Below are positions 1 to 7,934 of a stretch of DNA of 16,050 nucleotides, one piece after another. Source of the stretch: a virus. Its lineage: Duplodnaviria; Heunggongvirae; Uroviricota; Caudoviricetes. The translations under genes and the position numbers were made by a program. Within the stretch, counting starts at the first letter, position 1. Each line of letters begins with the position of its first letter. Location of the stretch: the IMG/VR virus record IMGVR_UViG_2558860161_000009; one strand, 5' to 3'. The notes under the pieces are model-generated. The model searched no databases. It was not told where the DNA came from and saw only the letters and a list, made by a program, of their open reading frames with translations.

Positions 1-1224
1 ATGGCTGGCACAAACAAACTGAGCGACAAAAAGCTAAAAGCATTGCTGGGTTCTGAGCGTGAAGCGCCGATCATGATTGCCGATGGTGAGGGGCTAAGCG
101 TTAAGGTCTCGAAGCAAGGTAACGTTAGCTGGGTATTTTCATACCGGTTGGGAGGAAGGGGTAGCAAACTCGAACGTTTAACGCTTGGCCGTTACCCTGA
201 TATGCCGCTAAAACTTGCGCGAGAAAAGCGGGAACAGTGTCGCCAGTGGCTGGCTGGTGGGCTTGATCCGAAAACTGAGATTGAGCTGAGCACAGAAGAA
301 ACGCTTAAGCCTGTAACGGTTAAAGACGCCCTGGAATATTGGTTGGTGAATTACGCCAGGAGAAAGCGCAGTGATGAGGCGTTGGTGAGGGCGCAGCTAC
401 GCAAGCATATTTACCCGCGCCTTGGTCGTTATCCGATCACCAGATGTGAAACCCGCCATTGGGTGGCCTGTTTTGACGAAATAAACCAGACTAAACCCAT
501 GACCGCCGGCCGCATGTTCCAGATTTCTAAACAGGCGTTACGTTTCTGCAAGGTTCGCCGTTATGCTGCCAGTGATGCTCTGGCCTTTCTCACCATTCAG
601 GATGTAGGCCAGCCATCTGGTCAACGTGATCGCGTATTGTCAGATAGCGAGCTGGCTGATGTGTGGCGCTGTACAGATAGCGATGATCAGCAGCCGTATT
701 ATTCACGTCTGCTCAAAATGCTGGTGCTTTTTGGTGCGCGAACGATGGAAGTTCGCCTTTCTCGATGGTCAGAGTGGGATTTTACATCGTGGATTTGGAC
801 TGTACCGAAAGAGCATAGCAAAACCAGAGAGAAAATCGTGAGGTCGATACCTGAAGCTATACGCCCGTGGCTGGAAGAGTTAAAGCGCGAGACAGGGAAA
901 ACAGGTTTGTTACTGGGCGAAGATCGTACCCGTCAGGCTGTATCATTGAAAGGGCGCAGGCTTTTTAAAGATTTTCACCATAACGAGCCGTGGACACTTC
1001 ACGATCTGCGTCGGACGTTTTCTACGGGGCTAAACAATATGGGTATAGCACCGCATATAGTCGAGCTGCTGTTGGGCCATGCCTTGCCGGGAGTTATGGC
1101 GATTTATAACCGTAGTCTTTACTTACCGGAGAAGCTGGACGCGCTGAACAAGTGGTATGACCGCTTAGAACTTCTCGCGGGTAATCACTCTAATATCGTT
1201 ATTTTAAAGGCTGGTGAAAAATGA
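1..1224 (+). CDS. int: Tyrosine site-specific recombinase, P4-type satellite integrase
   Basis: 407-aa ORF starting at window position 1. N-terminal arm-binding region (KLSDKKLKAL...WVFSYRLGGRGSKLERLTLGRYP) and C-terminal catalytic region (HDLRRTFSTG...LLGHA...AIYNRS with the presumed catalytic Tyr) are typical of P4-like integrases. Confidence 0.9.
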   Translation: MAGTNKLSDKKLKALLGSEREAPIMIADGEGLSVKVSKQGNVSWVFSYRLGGRGSKLERLTLGRYPDMPLKLAREKREQCRQWLAGGLDPKTEIELSTEETLKPVTVKDALEYWLVNYARRKRSDEALVRAQLRKHIYPRLGRYPITRCETRHWVACFDEINQTKPMTAGRMFQISKQALRFCKVRRYAASDALAFLTIQDVGQPSGQRDRVLSDSELADVWRCTDSDDQQPYYSRLLKMLVLFGARTMEVRLSRWSEWDFTSWIWTVPKEHSKTREKIVRSIPEAIRPWLEELKRETGKTGLLLGEDRTRQAVSLKGRRLFKDFHHNEPWTLHDLRRTFSTGLNNMGIAPHIVELLLGHALPGVMAIYNRSLYLPEKLDALNKWYDRLELLAGNHSNIVILKAGEK

Positions 1225-2024
1225 GAATTAGCCACAAAAAAGATTTGCCAACATGGTTTGATTTAGATAACTACACTCAATTTATTGGCATGTCAGATAA
1301 AGACTTATTTTATCAGTTGGTTGTTAGATATGACATGCTTGAAAACTTCTATCGATATGGCGGGTCTTTTTATAATGAACCTCTTACAAATAACGATGAA
1401 GTAGGAAGGATACTTGGAAATGGCGCGGTCGCTAATGCGATTGATAGAGCTACGTACTTCTATGATGCGTTTAAACTTCCTATTAAAAGAGAAGGTGTTT
1501 TGTCTGGTGGGGTTGCGTTACGACCAATGTCCATTGAAGACTTTATTTATATGAAAGATGCTGTAGATAATTATATGGAAAATAATTTTACGGGAACGGC
1601 TGAAAATTTAGTTTACCATTCATTTACAAGTGTTAGCTCATTTTTGGAACCAAATGACCTTTTTATTAAAGTTGATTTGTCACGCCCGGATGATTTATTG
1701 ATTGATGTGTTTAAAAAAAACCTCAAGAATTGGCGTGAGGAATTAAAAATAAAAGAAAAGGAAAAAACATACCAGTCATGGGAAACAATTAAAAAAAAGG
1801 TATACGATTATTCACTTTTCCCCGTAGTTGATTTGATGATCTGGGCTAAATCTCGCGGGGCATGCGTCACCAATGGCGTGCTTGCTGTGGCTGTGTTTCC
1901 GAACGGAGAGTATGACTCAACGCAGATAGCGCAAACCGTAAAGCCAAATATAGAAAAAATCTTCTCAATTTCTTCTATAGAAAAAATCAGGTCAGAACTT
2001 CAGGATAGAAAAATTCTTCCTTAA
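1221..2024 (+). CDS. Hypothetical 267-aa protein, AT-rich orphan cargo gene; no recognisable domain
   Basis: Long uninterrupted ORF whose ATG overlaps the integrase stop (ATGA at 1221-1224). Markedly lower G+C than flanking genes (a 100-nt sample counted by eye is about one third G+C). I could not match any catalytic or DNA-binding motif. Confidence 0.7.
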   Translation: MRISHKKDLPTWFDLDNYTQFIGMSDKDLFYQLVVRYDMLENFYRYGGSFYNEPLTNNDEVGRILGNGAVANAIDRATYFYDAFKLPIKREGVLSGGVALRPMSIEDFIYMKDAVDNYMENNFTGTAENLVYHSFTSVSSFLEPNDLFIKVDLSRPDDLLIDVFKKNLKNWREELKIKEKEKTYQSWETIKKKVYDYSLFPVVDLMIWAKSRGACVTNGVLAVAVFPNGEYDSTQIAQTVKPNIEKIFSISSIEKIRSELQDRKILP

Positions 2025-2119
2025 TCTTGGTGGTCAAAACAATTTAATTTTCGTCTAGTGTGACATCCAATCACAAGGATAACAATAGCCCCCACAAACT
2101 TAGAAACAGTGGAGGCAAC

Positions 2120-2404
2120 ATGCAAATTATCACCTTTACCCCGCCAAATCCTGAACAACGCCGCACCATTCTGGAGGAGTACGGCTTCAAGTTCGATCGC
2201 CGAATCCGCGAAGATGAATGCAGCGAGATCACCAGTCTTTCTCGTTCGAGCCGCTGGAAGATGGAACAGCAGGGGCGCTTCCCGCCGCGCTGTCACTTTG
2301 GCCGCAACAGCTGTGCCTGGCTTCTTTCGGATGTGCTCTGGTGGGTTCGTAATCCGCCTGCCGTGGAAAACGTCAATAACCCGTACAGCCGCAAATCTGC
2401 TTAA
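2120..2404 (+). CDS. alpA: AlpA-family (phage regulatory, MerR-like HTH) transcriptional regulator
   Basis: Start chosen at the internal ATG 2120 preceded by GGAGG (2111-2115); the ORF track's 2060 start adds an unsupported N-terminal extension. The segment ITSLSRSSRWKMEQQGRFPP...GRNSCAWLLSDVLWWV matches the AlpA pattern (tG.SRST.W...G.FP...lG.r...W...dv..W). Confidence 0.8.
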   Translation: MQIITFTPPNPEQRRTILEEYGFKFDRRIREDECSEITSLSRSSRWKMEQQGRFPPRCHFGRNSCAWLLSDVLWWVRNPPAVENVNNPYSRKSA

Positions 2405-2424
2405 TTAACCACAGGTAATCAGAG

Positions 2425-3108
2425 ATGAAAAATATTAATGCCCTTAACGGGCAGGGATTCGCTCACCCTGTTGCCAGTAAAAGCGATATTAGCGTGCAGC
2501 TTAAACAGCTTCCTGCCGTCGAATTTCACGGGCAACGCGTGGTGACGTTCGCAATGATTGATACCGCGCACCAGCGACCTAAAGACACGGCTAAAAAGAC
2601 TTTTCAGCGTAATCGCACTCGCTTCATTGATGGTGAGGACTTTTTTATTGTCGGCGCGTCAGAGGTCGAATGGGGAGGGGCTGGATATTTAGACAGGGGC
2701 ATTAAACGCCCTGGCAAAAAAATGAACAGTCCGATACGTGGCCGCGTAACACTGATTACGGAATCAGGCTATCTGCTGCTGACCAAACCGTTTAACGATG
2801 ATTTGGCCTGGCAGGTACAGCGCCAGCTCGTGAAAACTTATTTCCGTTGCCCGGAGTTTGTCACTTTCCATCATGTGGATCTGCCGTCGCTCGAAGAACT
2901 GATCGCCATGCCGGTTACTGATGCGCAAAACGCCGTGACTCGTGCGGACAAGCATTCTAAGCAGTTTCATGGCTCACAGGGCAGTAATGGAATGAATCTC
3001 CGCAAGAAGGAACTCAAAGTTCTGCGTCCGGCGGTACGGCTGGTAGATGCGATGGGGCAGATTGATTTCGATAAATATGAGTGGGAGGCGGCACATGATC
3101 GCGCATAA
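2425..3108 (+). CDS. ORF6N-domain protein (phage antirepressor-like family)
   Basis: 227-aa ORF 20 nt downstream of alpA. N-terminal region HGQRVVTF...TFQRNRTRFIDGEDFF...WGGAGYL...LITESGYLLL fits the ORF6N domain pattern as I recall it. Confidence 0.65.
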   Translation: MKNINALNGQGFAHPVASKSDISVQLKQLPAVEFHGQRVVTFAMIDTAHQRPKDTAKKTFQRNRTRFIDGEDFFIVGASEVEWGGAGYLDRGIKRPGKKMNSPIRGRVTLITESGYLLLTKPFNDDLAWQVQRQLVKTYFRCPEFVTFHHVDLPSLEELIAMPVTDAQNAVTRADKHSKQFHGSQGSNGMNLRKKELKVLRPAVRLVDAMGQIDFDKYEWEAAHDRA

Positions 3109-3114
3109 AACAAA

Positions 3115-3134
3115 GGCGACCGGGGGCGGTCGCC
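3115..3134. other. Perfect 8-bp-stem hairpin (GGCGACCG-GGGG-CGGTCGCC) between convergent genes; possible terminator for minus-strand transcripts
   Basis: Inverted repeat read directly from the sequence; on the minus strand it is followed by a T-rich run (reverse complement of CATAAAACAAA). Confidence 0.3.
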
Positions 3135-3435
3135 AATGGGAAAACACTAAACATAAGCCCGAACATCATAGTGATTTGCTGGCTGGTGGGCAATGTGATC
3201 AGTCAGATTTGGTTCGTTCCAAGGTTTGCAACGAGAGCTTTTTCCTGTGCTCTTTAAGGAATTTCTCAAGAGCAAAAGCACATGGCGCGAATCTTTCTGA
3301 TTCATGTTTATGCGCTATATTTTTGCGTCGTCTCTTACGAGTTGGTGATGGTGTTTTGGTTGATTCTGTGTCGCTCATGGTGCTGTCCTGTAAAGCAATG
3401 CGCCGGACTTCTTCAAACTATGCCGCTGATAGTGG

Positions 3436-3615
3436 CTACTCCTGCTCTTTGGCCTTGCGCCGCTGGCGGCGTTTGATCTCACCTTCAAGTGCCGAAACGA
3501 TAAATTGCCCAGTGCTTTCGCCTTCTTCCTTTAAATTTTCTACAGCGTCAGCTATTGCATGGGGTACTCGTGCCTCAAGTTTTTTGGATTTTCCATTAAC
3601 TGCTTTCGTTGCCAT
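3436..3615 (-). CDS. Small (59 aa) putative ribbon-helix-helix-like DNA-binding regulator, divergent from the replication operon
   Basis: Internal ATG at 3615..3613 is preceded on the minus strand by AAGGAAAT; stop TAG at 3438..3436. The product MATKAVNGKSKKLEARVPHAIADAVENLKEEGESTGQFIVSALEGEI... has a beta-strand/helix/helix pattern and a basic tail. Fold assignment is inference; the longer 120-aa version in the ORF track is rejected. Confidence 0.5.
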   Translation of the reverse strand: MATKAVNGKSKKLEARVPHAIADAVENLKEEGESTGQFIVSALEGEIKRRQRRKAKEQE

Positions 3616-3635
3616 ATCTGATTTCCTTGTTATTA

Positions 3636-3720
3636 GGTAGCTGACAGTATACACACAAGAAAATGGAAAAACACTATTGACGTGGCTGACACCTGTCACT
3701 AGTATAGTGGCTGACACCTT
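3636..3720. promoter_or_regulatory. Divergent promoter/operator region: sigma70-like promoter for rightward transcription overlapped by direct repeats of GTGGCTGACACCT
   Basis: TTGACG at 3677-3682, 17-bp spacer, TAGTAT at 3700-3705. Exact 13-mer GTGGCTGACACCT at 3682-3694 and 3707-3719, with a third partial copy (GCTGACA core) at 3640-3646 next to the start of the minus-strand regulator. Confidence 0.45.
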
Positions 3721-3814
3721 TATTGAGGTAATCGATGAAAAGACAAAGCCCGCAGGTGCTACCAACACCAACGGGCTTCTAACCACCAACGATAGCAAGA
3801 TTATCGAGGCAGCT

Positions 3815-4018
3815 ATGAGAAATCATACCATACACCCGCAAGGGCGGGACTCGTACAACCTGAATAAATACATCTGGCGTTTTATCGCCCTGAGCACGGC
3901 ACAACCGCGCGTGATTACCATCGTGGCCACCAGCGAACAGGAAGCACGCCAGCAATCCCCGGCTGGCTGCGTGATGGTATTCGCCGCCCGTATTCGTCAG
4001 GGGGTGTGCCATGCCTGA
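3815..4018 (+). CDS. Hypothetical small protein (67 aa), start uncertain
   Basis: ATG at 3815 preceded by GAGG (3806-3809); its stop overlaps the ATG of the next ORF (ATGCCTGA at 4011-4018), suggesting translational coupling. No recognisable motif. Confidence 0.3.
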   Translation: MRNHTIHPQGRDSYNLNKYIWRFIALSTAQPRVITIVATSEQEARQQSPAGCVMVFAARIRQGVCHA

Positions 4019-4331
4019 CATGACCAATTACCAGTACCTGATTAATCCGCATTTTAACTGTGAGCATGATATTGCTAAAAAGGTTTATTCCGCTGCGGAT
4101 GGGGCTACTGACAATATATCAATGGCTGTTGCGTCAATTGGTAGCCTGATGTGGCATGCGTCAGAAAATGAGGAATATGACGAAAAGGCTATGCGCATTG
4201 ACATGGGTAATATTGGCTTGTTACTGGCAATGCTTGGGCAGTTTGATATTTCGTTACGGTGCACCATTGAAAATGCCACAGATGCATTAAATGCCATAAA
4301 GAAAGCGAATACTGATTCAAATCGGGGATAA
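4011..4331 (+). CDS. Hypothetical protein (106 aa)
   Basis: ORF tightly packed in the same orientation as the flanking genes; no recognisable motif. Confidence 0.5.
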   Translation: MPDMTNYQYLINPHFNCEHDIAKKVYSAADGATDNISMAVASIGSLMWHASENEEYDEKAMRIDMGNIGLLLAMLGQFDISLRCTIENATDALNAIKKANTDSNRG

Positions 4332-4337
4332 ATAATC

Positions 4338-4637
4338 ATGAGAACATATTTATCTGGCTTAACTGCCAGCGGTTATGCACACCCCAAAATTATCCCCGGC
4401 GCTATTTATCTGGATAAGAACGGTAACAGAGTAACGGTAAAAGAACTGATGTTTGACCGTGTTTATTTTATTCGTGATGGCTATTCATTTCATAGTTCGC
4501 TGAACGTGGAGATCTTTATTTGCAGATTCCGGCGGGAAATCCCGCTTTCCAGAAATAACCATGTGTCATGTATGGATGTTGATAAAAAACTACAGGAACT
4601 GAAAAACATGATTGCCGCGTGGAGAGAGCAGAAATGA
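4338..4637 (+). CDS. Hypothetical protein (99 aa)
   Basis: ORF whose stop overlaps the start of the replication gene (ATGA at 4634-4637); no recognisable motif. Confidence 0.5.
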   Translation: MRTYLSGLTASGYAHPKIIPGAIYLDKNGNRVTVKELMFDRVYFIRDGYSFHSSLNVEIFICRFRREIPLSRNNHVSCMDVDKKLQELKNMIAAWREQK

Positions 4638-6757
4638 AAAAAGCGCCAAATTTAAAACACCAGCCGCGTGACAAAATGACGGAAGTCATCATTTTTGCGG
4701 GTAGTAATGCGTGGGCACATGCGAAGCAGTGGCAGGAACAGGACGGGCGACTGGCTGGCGATAACGTGCCTCCTGTCTGGCTTGGAGAGCAACAACTTGC
4801 CGAACTGGACAACCTGCAAATCGTACCGGACGGACGCTATCGCGTGCGTCTCTATCAGGCGGGGTTATTGCGTCCGGGGCTTGTTAATACCATCGGGCAG
4901 AAACTGGCAGCGGCAGGTGTCAGGGATGCTGATTATTACCCTGAAGGAATGCACAGCCAGAAACGGGAGAACTGGCGCGAATATCTGGAACGTGAACGGG
5001 CAGAGCAGGCGGAAAAGAAAAAGGTAGTTGAACTGCCTGTAAAGAAAAAAGAGCCATGCTATCAGGATGATGAATTAAAGCCCCGCGTTGAAAGTCGCGC
5101 CGATGGTGTTTTCTGGGTAACGCCCAAAGTGGATAAGCAGTCAGGTGAAATTATCCGGCCTGAGACGTGGTTATGTTCTCCACTTGAACTACTGGGAACG
5201 GGGGTAATCGGTAAAGAGCATTACCGCGTGATGCGCTGGAAAAAATTCGCAAACCATGAAGTCATAACAATGGCGATCCCGTGTGGTGGCATTGGCGACC
5301 GTGACGGCTGGCGGTTGCTTAAAGATCACGGCCTGAACGTGACAACAAACGGCAAATACAGGGCTATCCTGGCTGACTGGATGCAGTTAAGCGGAAGCCA
5401 TGAGGAATGGCAGCTAAGCACAACAACGGGCTGGCATTTTGGCGCGTACATCATGCCGGATGGTTCAATCATTGGTGATTCAGAAAAACCGATCCTGTTT
5501 ACCGGAAAAAGTGCCGCTGTTAATGGCTATTCGGTTGTGGGTACGGCGGAGGGCTGGCGCGACAGCGTGGCGCGGCTGGCTGGTGGCAATCCGTCCATGA
5601 TGCTGGGTGTTGCCACGTCACTGGCAGCACCTTTGATTGGCCTTGTTGGTGCTGACGGCTTCGGGGTACATCTTTTCGAACAGTCATCGGCAGGGAAAAC
5701 CACCACGCAGAACATCGCTTCAAGTTTATGGGGGGAGCCGGACGCGCAACGGCTGACCTGGTACGGAACGGCGTTAGGTATCGCCAACGAGGCCGAAGCA
5801 CACAACGACGGGCTGTTACCCCTGGATGAAATAGGCCAGGCCGGAAACGCGCGGGAAGTGTCCACGTCAGCCTATACGCTGTTTAACGGTTCGGGGAAAT
5901 TACAGGGGGCGAAGGACGGCGGCAACAGGGAGATCAAACACTGGCGCACGGTGGCAATCAGCACCGGAGAAATGGATGTTGAGACATTCCTCAAAAGTGA
6001 GGGGGTAAAAGTCAAAGCAGGCCAGCTTGTCCGTCTGCTTAACGTACCGATGGAGAAAGCCACGCAATTTCACGAATACAGCACCGGAAAGGCGCACGCA
6101 GACGCGTTAAAGGATGCCTGGACTGCAAATCACGGGGCGGCGGGTCGTGAGTGGGTTAAATGGCTGGCAGACCACCAGCAGGAGGCAAAGGACACGGTAA
6201 GGGAATGCCGCGAACGGTGGCACAACCTGATACCGGAGAGCTACGGCGAGCAGGTCCACCGCGTGGGGGAGCGTTTCGCCATACTGGAGGCCGCACTAGT
6301 GCTTTCCGGTCATATTACTGGCTGGGATGTTCAGGCGTGCCGTGATGCCATTCAGCATAACTTTAATGCCTGGGTGAAGGAGTTCGGCACGGGTAACAGG
6401 GAATTTAAACAGATGGTTGAACAGGCTGAGGCGTTTTTGTCGTCGTTCGGGTTCAGTCGATACCTTCCTTACCCAAACAGTGATGAGCGTGATTTACCAA
6501 TTAAAGATCTTGCCGGATACAGAAAGGGGAGTATCAGAAATGAAGATGATGAGTTCCGCTTTTACACGTTTCCTCATGTGTTTGAGGGTGAGATAGCACA
6601 GGGATTTAATCCGTCTCACTTTGCCCGCGCGTTGAGTGCTGCCGGAATGCTGGAAGCGGGTAACGATCGCCGTTACAAGAAAAAGGCGCTCGGCAAAATT
6701 GGGGGGAAGCAGCATGTTTTTTACGTGCTGATGTTCCAGCCTGAAGCAGAAGATTAA
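4634..6757 (+). CDS. Satellite replication protein, primase/helicase-like (DUF927-type P-loop NTPase)
   Basis: About 707 aa from the ATG at 4634, which is preceded by GGAGAG and overlaps the upstream stop. Walker-A-like SSAGKTT encoded near 5683-5703; large size and position immediately upstream of an iteron cluster. Family assignment from memory of P4 alpha / PICI Pri-Rep-like proteins. Confidence 0.75.
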   Translation: MKKAPNLKHQPRDKMTEVIIFAGSNAWAHAKQWQEQDGRLAGDNVPPVWLGEQQLAELDNLQIVPDGRYRVRLYQAGLLRPGLVNTIGQKLAAAGVRDADYYPEGMHSQKRENWREYLERERAEQAEKKKVVELPVKKKEPCYQDDELKPRVESRADGVFWVTPKVDKQSGEIIRPETWLCSPLELLGTGVIGKEHYRVMRWKKFANHEVITMAIPCGGIGDRDGWRLLKDHGLNVTTNGKYRAILADWMQLSGSHEEWQLSTTTGWHFGAYIMPDGSIIGDSEKPILFTGKSAAVNGYSVVGTAEGWRDSVARLAGGNPSMMLGVATSLAAPLIGLVGADGFGVHLFEQSSAGKTTTQNIASSLWGEPDAQRLTWYGTALGIANEAEAHNDGLLPLDEIGQAGNAREVSTSAYTLFNGSGKLQGAKDGGNREIKHWRTVAISTGEMDVETFLKSEGVKVKAGQLVRLLNVPMEKATQFHEYSTGKAHADALKDAWTANHGAAGREWVKWLADHQQEAKDTVRECRERWHNLIPESYGEQVHRVGERFAILEAALVLSGHITGWDVQACRDAIQHNFNAWVKEFGTGNREFKQMVEQAEAFLSSFGFSRYLPYPNSDERDLPIKDLAGYRKGSIRNEDDEFRFYTFPHVFEGEIAQGFNPSHFARALSAAGMLEAGNDRRYKKKALGKIGGKQHVFYVLMFQPEAED

Positions 6758-6779
6758 CTCCCCTGTGTGAGGTGAAAAG

Positions 6780-6905
6780 TTGCGGGTTATGCGGGTTATC
6801 CTGTGTGTAAGTGCATTAACTGTATGAATAAAAAGGAAATCAATAACCCGCACGTAACCCGCAAAACGGCAGTTATAACCCGCAAAAGTGCGATTATAAC
6901 CCGCA
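6780..6905. repeat. Iteron cluster, probable replication origin: 2 tandem GCGGGTTAT copies followed by 4 inverted (A/G)TAACCCGC copies
   Basis: Forward copies at 6782-6790 and 6791-6799; inverted copies at 6843-6851, 6854-6862, 6875-6883 and 6897-6905 (spacing 11, 21, 22 bp); AT-rich segment 6810-6842 in between; directly downstream of the replication gene. Confidence 0.6.
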
Positions 6906-6968
6906 GAATTTCACCGTAAGGGTGTAAACAAGCGTAACTATCAACGTTAAAACCGGAGAACAGACAGC

Positions 6969-7394
6969 ATGACAGCACAGATAGCTGCTTACGGGCGGTT
7001 GGTGGCTGACCCGCAGTTAAAGACCACCAGCAAAGGGACACAAATGGCGATGGCGAGTATGGCGATTCCTCTTCCGTGCAGCCAGGCAGATGACGGAACA
7101 GCGACGATGTGGTTATCAATTCTGGCGTTTGGCAGACAGGCCGATGCACTGGCAAAACACCACAAAGGCGAGCTGGTGAGCGTGGCGGGTAACATGCAGG
7201 TAAGCCAGTGGACAGGCCAGAACGGGGAAACGCGGCAGGGCTGGCAGGTTATCGCAGACAGCGTAATCAGTGCGCGAACGGCGCGACCTGGTGGCAAAAA
7301 AGGCCAGCAGGGGCAGGCCACTGACGCACTGAACAGGGCAAAACAACAGACAGGCCAGCACGATGACCCGTACGGGGATGAAATACCGTTTTAG
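6969..7394 (+). CDS. ssb: Single-stranded DNA-binding protein (SSB-like)
   Basis: 141-aa product with an OB-fold-like N-terminal part, a Gly/Gln-rich linker (PGGKKGQQGQ) and an acidic C-terminal tail ending DDPYGDEIPF, resembling the SSB C-terminal D-I-P-F tip. Confidence 0.7.
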   Translation: MTAQIAAYGRLVADPQLKTTSKGTQMAMASMAIPLPCSQADDGTATMWLSILAFGRQADALAKHHKGELVSVAGNMQVSQWTGQNGETRQGWQVIADSVISARTARPGGKKGQQGQATDALNRAKQQTGQHDDPYGDEIPF

Positions 7395-7412
7395 CGATAA
7401 CAGGGGGGATAC

Positions 7413-7661
7413 ATGCCAGTGACATTTGAAGAAGTCCAGCAACATAAAAAGTTTCATGGTTTTGATGATCTGGAAACCACGACAGCAAAAAAATATCGCC
7501 GTCTGCTTTCTTCCGATGCGTTGTTTTTTGTAGATCATCATGATTTTCTGCGTAGCTCACTGACAGGGGAAATTTTCGCAACCAACCGTGAGCAGGTGGA
7601 AGCGATGATCGAATATCTGTGGAAAATAAGACGCAGAATGCGGGATTCCATGAAACAGTAA
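7413..7661 (+). CDS. Hypothetical protein (82 aa)
   Basis: ORF 19 nt after ssb, followed by an intrinsic terminator; no recognisable motif. Confidence 0.5.
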   Translation: MPVTFEEVQQHKKFHGFDDLETTTAKKYRRLLSSDALFFVDHHDFLRSSLTGEIFATNREQVEAMIEYLWKIRRRMRDSMKQ

Positions 7662-7670
7662 AGCGATAAA

Positions 7671-7697
7671 GGCCCGGATTTTTCCGGGTTTTCTTTT
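7671..7697 (+). terminator. Rho-independent terminator ending the replication module
   Basis: Stem CCCGGA (7673-7678), loop TTTT, stem TCCGGG (7683-7688), then T-tract TTTTCTTTT (7689-7697). Confidence 0.55.
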
Positions 7698-7934
7698 CAG
7701 GTTTTGTAAATTATTTGTTCGTGGTTGTTTCTGGCTGTTCAGTGATTCTGGCTGATATTTACATACTGATTTTTATGTATATGTTGGCGTGTGGCACTCA
7801 GACGTGAGCCGCCACAATGCCGCCTGACCCCCTGCGCGATGCCGGGTTGATCTGCGAGATGCCGAGAGTGTCGGGCGGCGCTCCCTCCGTGTTGGTTTCA
7901 CGTCCTGAATCTTAACCAATACGAGAAAACCTTC

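Noticed and set aside
2060-2408. Longer alpA start at 2060 and the alternative-frame ORF 2109..2408
   Set aside because: AlpA-like similarity is in the 2120 frame starting at MQIITF with GGAGG upstream; the 2060 extension and the other frame have no ribosome-binding site or family resemblance.
3047-3640. 197-aa + strand ORF from the six-frame track
   Set aside because: It overlaps the 3' end of the ORF6N gene and the whole of the minus-strand regulator gene, has no convincing ribosome-binding site and no recognisable motif; most likely a chance ORF over a mostly non-coding region.
3735-3782. 15-codon ORF (MKRQSPQVLPTPTGF) with a GAGG ribosome-binding site just downstream of the predicted promoter
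   Set aside because: Too short to support from sequence alone; it could be a leader peptide, but there is no evidence beyond the ribosome-binding site.
3436-3798. Long (120 aa) version of the minus-strand ORF
   Set aside because: The upstream 61 codons run through the operator/promoter repeats and have an odd hydrophobic composition; the internal ATG at 3615 with AAGGAAAT upstream is the credible start.
6780-6905. Possible CRISPR array (short repeats at 6780-6905 and 14703-14857)
   Set aside because: Repeats are 9-11 bp, occur in both orientations with 11-22 bp phasing and no unique spacers of CRISPR length; this is iteron organisation, not a CRISPR array.
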